The notes under the pieces were generated by a model. It worked only from the letters and a program-made list of their open reading frames with translations, was not told where the DNA came from and did not search any database. The translations under genes were made by a program, and so were the position numbers. Of a stretch of DNA of 64,000 nt, positions 56,518 through 64,000 are shown one piece after another (position 1 is the first letter of the stretch; each line of letters begins with the position of its first letter). The stretch is from an uncultured virus (IMG/VR IMGVR_UViG_3300016472_000848) (lineage: Duplodnaviria > Heunggongvirae > Uroviricota > Caudoviricetes), in IMG/VR virus record IMGVR_UViG_3300016472_000848, positions 1 to 64,000 of that record. One strand, written 5' to 3'.

Positions 56518-57506
56518 AAAAAGCATTGGTGTGTGGAGCAGGTGGATTTATTGGTGGTCATTTGGTAAAACGTCTTAAGGAACTTGGATATTGGGTTCGT
56601 GGCGTTGATATAAAAGAACATGAATATACAAACATTCGTTCTATCGCTGATGAATTTTTCATTGCTGATTTAAGAAATCCTGAAGAAGTTTATCGATCAA
56701 TGTCTGTTGGTGAAAAATTTACAGAAGGATTTGATGAAGTATATCAATTGGCAGCAGATATGGGCGGCGCTGGTTATATATTTTCCGGCGAACATGACGC
56801 CGATGTAATGCATAATTCTGCTACAATAAATCTTAATGTGGCTGATACGGCAGTAAAATTTAAAAAGCGTCCAAAAATTTTCTACTCATCGTCTGCCTGT
56901 ATGTACCCAGCCTACAATCAGGAAGACCCAGAAAATCCTAAATGCTCAGAAGATAGTGCATATCCGGCCGCACCAGATAGCGAATATGGCTGGGAAAAAT
57001 TATTTAGTGAACGCCTATATCTTGCTTATAATAGAAATTATGGTCTTGATGTAAGAATAGCGAGATTCCATAATATCTTTGGACCATATGGTTCATGGAA
57101 TAATGGAAAAGAAAAAGCTCCAGCAGCTCTTTGTAGAAAAGTTGCTGCCTCTGAAAATGGTGGCACTATAGAAGTTTGGGGCGATGGCGAACAAACAAGA
57201 AGCTTTTTATACATTGATGAATGTGTTGAAGCTGTATTGCGTTTAATGGCTTCGGATTTTATTGGACCAGTTAATATTGGTTCCGAAGAAATGGTAAGCA
57301 TTAATCAATTTGTTGAGATTATTTCTAATATTGCAAAAAAAGAAATAAAAATAAAACATATTCCAGGACCAATAGGAGTTAGAGGAAGAAATTCAGATAA
57401 TAGACTATATGAAGAAAAAATTGGTTGGAAGGTATCTCAACCGTTAGCATATGGATTGGAAAAAACATATCTTTGGATTAGTGCTCAACTTTCAAGCAAA
57501 CAATGA
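56514..57506 (+). CDS. GDP-mannose 3,5-epimerase-like protein
   Basis: GAGGFIG, QLAADMGGAGYI, SSACMY, YGWEKL, EKAPAALCRK, GVRGRNSDN. Confidence 0.88.
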   Translation: MKKALVCGAGGFIGGHLVKRLKELGYWVRGVDIKEHEYTNIRSIADEFFIADLRNPEEVYRSMSVGEKFTEGFDEVYQLAADMGGAGYIFSGEHDADVMHNSATINLNVADTAVKFKKRPKIFYSSSACMYPAYNQEDPENPKCSEDSAYPAAPDSEYGWEKLFSERLYLAYNRNYGLDVRIARFHNIFGPYGSWNNGKEKAPAALCRKVAASENGGTIEVWGDGEQTRSFLYIDECVEAVLRLMASDFIGPVNIGSEEMVSINQFVEIISNIAKKEIKIKHIPGPIGVRGRNSDNRLYEEKIGWKVSQPLAYGLEKTYLWISAQLSSKQ

Positions 57507-58450
57507 AAAATATATTTATTAGCGGCGGAAGAGGAATGTTGGGTTTTGCATTAATCAAAGAATTGACAGACCAATCAAAACTAATACTAAGCCCTGGTTC
57601 AGATATATTAAATCTGACCAATAAAGAAAATGTAGATAGCTACATTGCAAACAGCAAGATTGATTGCGTATATCATTTGGCTGCTCGTGTCGGCGGCGTA
57701 AAAGCAAACACAGAATTTGTTGGCAGCTTTTATGATCAAAATATTGCTATCAATACAAACGTCTTAAGTTCATGTTTGTTTTTCAATGTGCCAAAAGTAG
57801 TTTCCGTATTATCAACCTGTGTCTATCCAGATGCTCCATACGTCTCCTATCCGCTCACAGAAGATCAGTTACACCTTGGACCACCACATGATAGCAACTT
57901 TGGCTATGCTTATGCTAAAAGGATGCTAGATGTGCAGACGAGGGCTTATCGTAAGCAGTATGGAGTCAACTATGTTACCGTCATTCCAAATAATCTATTT
58001 GGCGAGCATGATAATTTCCATTTGGAAGATGGTCATGTTATCCCAGCTCTTATGAGAAAAATATGGGAAGCCAAACTCAACAACAAACCTACTGTAGAAA
58101 TATGGGGAGACGGTCGCCCCCTAAGAGAGTTTACTTATGCTGGAGATATTGCCCGTATACTCATTAAAGTCTCAGAAGAATACAATGAAGAACACCCGCT
58201 CAATATCGGGAACACAGAAGAACACTCGATAGCTTCTGTAGCAAAGCGGCTTGTTGAATATCTTGAATACGATGGCAAATTAGTTTTTAATACAGATAAA
58301 CCATCAGGACAATTCAGAAAACCTTCGTCAAATAAAAGATTATTAGAAAAGACAAGCTGGTGTGTAGAAGACTATACTCCATTTGATATTGCTTTAAAGA
58401 AGACCTGTGATTGGTTTAAGATAGCATATCCGAATATAAGAGGAATATAA
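57503..58450 (+). CDS. fcl: GDP-L-fucose synthase family (epimerase/reductase)
   Basis: HLAARVGG, LSTCVYP, YAYAK, HVIPAL, WGDGRPLREF. Confidence 0.88.
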   Translation: MKNIFISGGRGMLGFALIKELTDQSKLILSPGSDILNLTNKENVDSYIANSKIDCVYHLAARVGGVKANTEFVGSFYDQNIAINTNVLSSCLFFNVPKVVSVLSTCVYPDAPYVSYPLTEDQLHLGPPHDSNFGYAYAKRMLDVQTRAYRKQYGVNYVTVIPNNLFGEHDNFHLEDGHVIPALMRKIWEAKLNNKPTVEIWGDGRPLREFTYAGDIARILIKVSEEYNEEHPLNIGNTEEHSIASVAKRLVEYLEYDGKLVFNTDKPSGQFRKPSSNKRLLEKTSWCVEDYTPFDIALKKTCDWFKIAYPNIRGI

Positions 58451-60657
58451 TGTCAACACAAAAGACTGCATTTATAACTGGCGTAACAGGTCAGGATGGT
58501 TCTTATTTAGCAAAGCTACTTCTTGATAAAGGTTATCGTGTTATAGGTATGAAGCGACGTACTTCTCTTATAACAACAGATCGTCTTGATGACATGGAGA
58601 TATTTAGTCACCCAAACTTTAAACTTGAATATGGCAATATGACCGATTCAAGTTCTATCTATTCTCTTCTTACCAAGTATAAGCCCGACGAGATATATAA
58701 CCTCGCTGCACAGAGCCATGTAAGGGTTTCATTTGAAGTTCCGGAGGAAACCCTGGACGTAGTAGGTGGAGGCACCTTGAAGCTTCTGGAAGCTTATAGG
58801 CTAATCTGTCCGGAGGCACGTTTCTATCAAGCATCATCTTCGGAGATGTATGGAGATAACGTTAGTGTTCCACAGAATGAAGAGACACGCATGACACCAG
58901 CTTCTCCATATGCTTGTGCCAAGTTATATGCTCATAACCTTTGCCGTAATTATCGTGAAGGTTACGGGCTTCATATATCTTGCGGAATTTTATTCAACCA
59001 TGAAACGATAACCGGAGATATGCCTTTAATATTTAAATTAGGCTCAAAAGAAGAAATAGATATTAAGCCCATATCAGAAATAGTTCGTTATCACAGTAGA
59101 AAAGATTTAAAACAAGCTATAAATGAAAGTGAAAAATTTTATCAGCAAACTCACGTTGACACTGATCTGCAAGTTTGGGACCAAAAAGGTTGGACCAAAG
59201 TAACATGGGCATCTGGATATCCTCATTTACCAGATATTGAAAATAAAAATACAACTTTAATAAACGTTGCTCATGGTTGTGTTTCTGCAACCGGAAATCA
59301 TCCTCATATAATGATGGATGGTGAATCGAAAGATTTTGACAAAATTGAAAAAGGTGATTTGGTTTCTGTTGTTAACGTGATTCCTAAATCTATTTCTTCT
59401 GAAGGCAACGATATACAAATTATAAATGCAAAGCTTTTAGGATTTATTGTTGCTGAAGGTAATATAAGTAAACCAACGGCAATTAGATTAACTGGAAAAG
59501 AAAAAGACATATTAGAAAAATACGAACAAATCTGGATGACTATATCAACAGAATCTAAAACTTCTTGGTATTTATCCAAATCTGGATTTACTGGTATTAA
59601 AAATATTTGGCAATTAAATTTAAATGGAGCCAGGTCTTGGATAAATGCATATGCACATGATCTTTATACGGAAAATGGCAGTAAAAAAATACCTAAATGG
59701 ATATTGAATTCTAATACTGAAGTGCAGAAGGCATTTCTTGACGGATATAACGAAGGAGATGGATTAAAGAAAAATTCATGTACTTACTCATATAAGAGTT
59801 TTACAACCAATTCTCCAACTTTAGGTCTTGGCTTGATATATCTTTTAAAATCTGTTACTGGGCAAGATTTTAATGTAACAGCGGAAAAAAGGAACGGGAG
59901 AAGCAAAATATATTATCATATAAATTGTCTTTCTGATGGCAAGTCAAGCTTATCAAGATCATATTCAAAATATCTAGAAGTTAAGAAACAAATAGAGTCT
60001 GGAAATCCCATAAGAAAGATTGCAAGAGATGGAGTTGCTTCTAGAAAGTTTATTCAGAAAATTAGCCGTGGATATATACCACAAGGTATACATCATAAAA
60101 AAATCAAATCAAATGAAGTTAAGAAAATAATTTCATTAAACGAATATGATGGTTGGTTTTATGATTTGGAAACCGAATCTGGTACATTTCATTGTGGAGT
60201 GGGATTGTCACATGTTCACAATTCACCAGTAAGAGGTGAAACTTTTGTAACACGTAAAATTACTATTGCTGCTGCTAATATAAAATTAGGAAAACAGGAA
60301 TCGTTATATCTTGGCAATCTTGAAGCAAAACGTGACTGGGGATATGGAAAAGATTTTATTGAAGCAATGTGGCTAATGCTTCAACAGCCAAAGGGCGATG
60401 ATTATGTTATTGCTACTGGCGAAACTCATACAGTACGAGAATTTCTTGAAGTAGTTTTTAATCACGCTGGATTAGATATTGAGAAGCATGTAAAGATTGA
60501 TCGGAGATTATTTCGTCCACATGAAGTTCCTCTATTGTTAGGAGATGCTTCAAAAGCAAAAAGAATTTTGGGATGGGAGCCAAAGACTACATTTAAAGAA
60601 TTAGCAATTCTAATGTATGAAGCCGATCTAGCGAAACAGCAAGGCTCTAAAAAGTAA
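58450..60657 (+). CDS. gmd: GDP-mannose 4,6-dehydratase with intein; 329 aa after splicing
   Basis: GVTGQDGSYL, NLAAQSHV, QASSSE, YACAK, GILFNHE|SPVRGETFVTRKI, RDWG. Confidence 0.96.
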   Translation: MSTQKTAFITGVTGQDGSYLAKLLLDKGYRVIGMKRRTSLITTDRLDDMEIFSHPNFKLEYGNMTDSSSIYSLLTKYKPDEIYNLAAQSHVRVSFEVPEETLDVVGGGTLKLLEAYRLICPEARFYQASSSEMYGDNVSVPQNEETRMTPASPYACAKLYAHNLCRNYREGYGLHISCGILFNHETITGDMPLIFKLGSKEEIDIKPISEIVRYHSRKDLKQAINESEKFYQQTHVDTDLQVWDQKGWTKVTWASGYPHLPDIENKNTTLINVAHGCVSATGNHPHIMMDGESKDFDKIEKGDLVSVVNVIPKSISSEGNDIQIINAKLLGFIVAEGNISKPTAIRLTGKEKDILEKYEQIWMTISTESKTSWYLSKSGFTGIKNIWQLNLNGARSWINAYAHDLYTENGSKKIPKWILNSNTEVQKAFLDGYNEGDGLKKNSCTYSYKSFTTNSPTLGLGLIYLLKSVTGQDFNVTAEKRNGRSKIYYHINCLSDGKSSLSRSYSKYLEVKKQIESGNPIRKIARDGVASRKFIQKISRGYIPQGIHHKKIKSNEVKKIISLNEYDGWFYDLETESGTFHCGVGLSHVHNSPVRGETFVTRKITIAAANIKLGKQESLYLGNLEAKRDWGYGKDFIEAMWLMLQQPKGDDYVIATGETHTVREFLEVVFNHAGLDIEKHVKIDRRLFRPHEVPLLLGDASKAKRILGWEPKTTFKELAILMYEADLAKQQGSKK
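59005..60222 (+). mobile_element. Intein (406 aa) beginning with Thr, with LAGLIDADG and HTH-like domains
   Basis: FNHE|TITGDMP ... ATGNHP ... LGFIVAEG ... FLDGYNEGDG ... YDLET ... HVHN|SP. Confidence 0.9.
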
Positions 60658-60733
60658 AAAACTAATTAGTGTTTCTTTGAACATTTTTCTACCAAGAAGT
60701 TATATTTTGAATAACACTTAGGAGTTAGAAAAA

Positions 60734-62188
60734 ATGTCTGAACAAGAGAGTTTGCTTACGAATGATTCATCATTATTGGATGATGAAGACTTTTTCATAA
60801 AACCGGTAAAAAAGAAAAAAATAGTAGTTCTATCAGATCATCCATTGGCTCCTTCTGGAGTAGGTGTTCAAGCAAGATTCTTAATAGAGGGTTTAATAAA
60901 AACTGGCAAGTATTCATTCCGCTGCCTTGGCGGAGCAATTAAGCACGCCAATTACGATACAATTGCCGTAAACCCAGATTTTGTTATTAAACCTGTAGAT
61001 GGTTTTGGCAATAAAGATATGTTAAAAAGCATATTATATGCTGAAAAACCAGATGCACTTTTACTTTTCACAGATCCAAGACAATTTATTTGGGTTTGGG
61101 AAATGGCAGATGAAATAAAACAAATTTGTCCAATTACTTACTGGCATGTTTGGGATAATGATCCATATCCAAAATTTAATTTTCCATGGTATGAAAGCAC
61201 TGATCTTATAAATTGTTTATCGTATAAAACATACGAATTAGTAAAGCCAAATTTTCCGGATAAAACACACTACATTCCACATGCATTTCCAAAGAATGTT
61301 TATTTTCCTTTGCCAGAGGAACAAAAACAACAACTATCAAAACAGCATTTTGGAGACAAGGCAGATTGGTTTAAGGTTCTGTGGGTAAATCGTAATGCTA
61401 CTCGTAAAATGCCTGCTGATTTGCTTGATTCTTGGAAAGTTTTCTTAAATCGTCTAGAACAGGAAAAGGGACACAAGAAAGCTGTGTTAATCATGCACAC
61501 AGATCCAAACGATCCAGAAGGACCAAATTTATTGGCGGTGTCTGAGCAACTTGGATTACAAAACAATGTTTGGTTTTCAAATCAAAGGCTTCAATTTAAT
61601 GAAATGAATATATTACACAATATAACTGATTGCTGTGTAAACGTTTCTAAAAATGAAGGATTTGGTTTATCGACTATGATATCAATGATGTGCGGCAAAC
61701 CAATCATAGCATTAAAAACCGGTGGCATGACTAGACAAGTAGTAGACCATAGAGATGGCACGGAACATGGCGTTGGTTTAGAAGCAGTAAAAAGAAGCTT
61801 AGTTGGCTCGCAACTAGTTCCATATATCTATGAAGATTATTTCGGAACTCAAGAACTAGCTAGTGCATTTCGAAAAATTCATGATCTTTCTCCAGAAGAG
61901 AAAAAGCAATTGGCAGAAAAGAATATTGCTTATGTTGATAGTGAATTTAATTTTGAAACCATTGTAAAACAGTGGGATGATACGTTAGAAAAAACAATAG
62001 AAAAATTTAAAAATAAATCAAATAAAAAATGGAAGCTTAAAAAGCTAATTCCAATATTGCCTTCGGCACAGAATAAACCCGTACAAAATTCATCAAAATC
62101 AGTAACGATAGATCAAAATCTAATAGATTTAGATAAAAATATAAGAGCAGGATTTACGGCAAAAAAAATTGAAAGGAAAGCCAAGTGA
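60734..62188 (+). CDS. GT4 glycosyltransferase
   Basis: SDHPLAPSGVG, NRNATRK, EGFGLS, GKPIIA. Confidence 0.9.
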   Translation: MSEQESLLTNDSSLLDDEDFFIKPVKKKKIVVLSDHPLAPSGVGVQARFLIEGLIKTGKYSFRCLGGAIKHANYDTIAVNPDFVIKPVDGFGNKDMLKSILYAEKPDALLLFTDPRQFIWVWEMADEIKQICPITYWHVWDNDPYPKFNFPWYESTDLINCLSYKTYELVKPNFPDKTHYIPHAFPKNVYFPLPEEQKQQLSKQHFGDKADWFKVLWVNRNATRKMPADLLDSWKVFLNRLEQEKGHKKAVLIMHTDPNDPEGPNLLAVSEQLGLQNNVWFSNQRLQFNEMNILHNITDCCVNVSKNEGFGLSTMISMMCGKPIIALKTGGMTRQVVDHRDGTEHGVGLEAVKRSLVGSQLVPYIYEDYFGTQELASAFRKIHDLSPEEKKQLAEKNIAYVDSEFNFETIVKQWDDTLEKTIEKFKNKSNKKWKLKKLIPILPSAQNKPVQNSSKSVTIDQNLIDLDKNIRAGFTAKKIERKAK

Positions 62189-62190
62189 AC

Positions 62191-63375
62191 ATGAGTGAGA
62201 ATAAGAAAAAGGTTGTAATATTAAGAGCACCGCTATTATCGCAGAGTGGCTATGGTGTTCATGCTAGACAAATAGCACGTTGGCTTTTTCAATTGCAAGA
62301 CTCTAGAAATGATTTAGAAGTCGTTTGCGAACCGTTACCTTGGGGCGCAACCCCATGGTTAATAGATCCAGAAGCAGAGGATGGTTTAGTTGGCAGAGTT
62401 GTGCAAAGCACAAAACAGCTACCACATTATGACGTAAGTTTACAGCTTCAGTTACCAAATGAATGGAATCCATTCCTAGCAGAATATAACATTGGATTAA
62501 CTGCTGCTGTAGAGGCAGATAAATGCAACCCAGCCTGGCTTTCGGCAGTTAATCGAATGGATTTAGTTATTGTGCCTTCTGAATTTGTTAAAAGCGTTTT
62601 AACCAACACAGGAGAGGTAACTACAAAGGTAGAGGTAGTACCAGAATCTTTTATTGCCGAATGTTTGGACAATACGCTCCTTCCGCTTTCAGATCTTGAA
62701 TTAGAAACAGATTTTAATTTCTTAATTTTTTCTCAATTTACGGGAAATAATCCAGAGAATGACAGAAAGAACATTCCTTATACCATAAAATGGTTTAATG
62801 AAGCTTTTGCTGATAATCCAAATGTTGGAGTCATTGTAAAAACAAATATGGCTAGGCAAACAGTTTTAGATGAAATTAATTGCGTTTCAGTATTAACAAA
62901 ATTAATATCAGAAACTCGTAAGGGTGTAGGTCCAAAATTTTATTTACTACACGGAGAAATGACGAGCGCAGAGATTGTTGGATTATACAAGCATCCAAAA
63001 ATAAAAGCTTTGGTATCTCTAACTCGTGGTGAAGGATTTGGATTGCCATTACTAGAGGCTGCTGTTTGCGGTAAACCAGTTATCGCAACAAATTGGTCTG
63101 CACACACAGAGTTTCTTTCACAAGGTAAATTTATAAAAATAGATTATAACTTGGCACCAGTCCATGAATCCAGAGTAGATAATCAAATTTACTTACCAGG
63201 ATTTAAATGGGCAAATCCTTCAGAAGAAGATTTCAAGAGAAAAGTTTTGAAATTTTATGAAAGCCCAAAGATTCCAGAACAATGGGCTACCGAACTGGCG
63301 GAAAAACTAAAAACTTCTCATTCTCCTGCTTCGATTAATGAAAAATATACTAAAGTATTAGAATCTGTTATTTGA
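62191..63375 (+). CDS. GT4 glycosyltransferase
   Basis: SGYGVHAR, DRKN, GEGFGLPLLEA, NWSAH. Confidence 0.9.
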   Translation: MSENKKKVVILRAPLLSQSGYGVHARQIARWLFQLQDSRNDLEVVCEPLPWGATPWLIDPEAEDGLVGRVVQSTKQLPHYDVSLQLQLPNEWNPFLAEYNIGLTAAVEADKCNPAWLSAVNRMDLVIVPSEFVKSVLTNTGEVTTKVEVVPESFIAECLDNTLLPLSDLELETDFNFLIFSQFTGNNPENDRKNIPYTIKWFNEAFADNPNVGVIVKTNMARQTVLDEINCVSVLTKLISETRKGVGPKFYLLHGEMTSAEIVGLYKHPKIKALVSLTRGEGFGLPLLEAAVCGKPVIATNWSAHTEFLSQGKFIKIDYNLAPVHESRVDNQIYLPGFKWANPSEEDFKRKVLKFYESPKIPEQWATELAEKLKTSHSPASINEKYTKVLESVI

Positions 63376-63376
63376 T

Positions 63377-63775
63377 ATGATGACTTTTATTGCTGTAATA
63401 TTACTTATTATCTGTTTGTTATTAAGTTCATCGCTAGGGTATGTACTATATAAATCATATCATTTAGCTAGAACAGTAATGATTCTTGAAGATGATTTGT
63501 CAGATGCAATCGAAGCAATAGAAAATGCAGAGAAGACTATGGATAGATTACTGAATATGAGATTGTTTTTTGACAGTCCTGAAGTAAAAAATACAGTACA
63601 GTCTTGCCTAGAAGAAGTGAAATTAGCTAAATTTGAAGTAAACAAAGTAGCACAAAAATTTGTTGAACGAAGTAACCAAAAATATATAATTGAAGAAGTT
63701 GTCGAAGAAGAAATTACAGAAGAACAATTGTTGCGAAATAAAGAAAGGCTTTTGAAATTAGATAATGAAAACTGA
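63377..63775 (+). CDS. Hypothetical protein with N-terminal TM segment
   Basis: Hydrophobic N-terminus followed by a helical region. Confidence 0.75.
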   Translation: MMTFIAVILLIICLLLSSSLGYVLYKSYHLARTVMILEDDLSDAIEAIENAEKTMDRLLNMRLFFDSPEVKNTVQSCLEEVKLAKFEVNKVAQKFVERSNQKYIIEEVVEEEITEEQLLRNKERLLKLDNEN

Positions 63776-64000
63776 TTTAGAAATTAAAAAAAGAAAAAAA
63801 ATTACTAGAAAAAAGCCTGGGCAAAGTAAATCAATGATTTATTTTGATGAAACTACGCAGCAATCTATAGTAAATTATAAAAACGAACCAGATTTAGAGG
63901 TAAAAAAAGTAATTTATGTTAAAGAAATACTACCTTCTTTTGATTCTCTAGTAGAGAATTTAATTAATGTTTATGGTTTTAACGTTGCCTTTGAATCTAA
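63765..64000 (+). CDS. 3'-truncated ORF, probable phage late-transcription sigma factor (gp55-like)
   Basis: Translated by hand: MKTDLEIKKR...YFDETTQQSIVNY...IYVKEILPSFDSLVENLINVYGF; resembles N-termini of large-phage sigma factors. Confidence 0.5.
   Translation, partial: MKTDLEIKKRKKITRKKPGQSKSMIYFDETTQQSIVNYKNEPDLEVKKVIYVKEILPSFDSLVENLINVYGFNVAFES

Noticed and set aside
42802..63375. Bacterial O-antigen/capsule locus, i.e. a cellular chromosome
   Set aside because: I saw no wzx/wzy/ABC or other membrane genes, and the context is phage-like (fibres, spanin-like genes, PrimPol, homing elements); a chimeric assembly cannot be fully excluded
1..64000. Stop-codon reassignment
   Set aside because: The standard code gives dense, full-length genes, and TAA, TAG and TGA all end recognisable ORFs

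Overview
This looks like a 64 kb internal fragment of an AT-rich large or jumbo tailed phage genome using the standard code, densely coding and mostly on the + strand. A lipoprotein/spanin-type lysis cassette suggests a Gram-negative host. The window runs as follows. (1) A 5'-truncated family C DNA polymerase (DnaE) carrying an HNH intein. (2) Auxiliary genes: cysteine synthase, Fe/Mn SOD, VanW, DEDDh exonuclease, YkuK-like and YkgJ-like proteins, a degenerate GroEL-like protein and an Hc1-like protein. Several of these carry similar N-terminal leaders that look like head-targeting propeptides. (3) A PIN-PhoH gene with two inteins, one a Pro1 class-3 intein. (4) An antisense free-standing GIY-YIG endonuclease, a SHAEG-repeat fibre and three mosaic paralogous virion proteins. 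(5) Hsp20, peptide deformylase, twin HExxH membrane proteins, PrimPol, an IMPDH/GMPR-family enzyme and a Cas4-like nuclease. (6) A ~20 kb co-oriented glycan biosynthesis island (glycosyltransferases, methyltransferases, a heptose module, GDP-mannose 3,5-epimerase, Fcl, and Gmd with a Thr1 intein), ending at a probable late sigma factor. I saw no tRNA, rRNA, CRISPR array or reverse transcriptase. All calls come from reading motifs by eye; no database searches were run.
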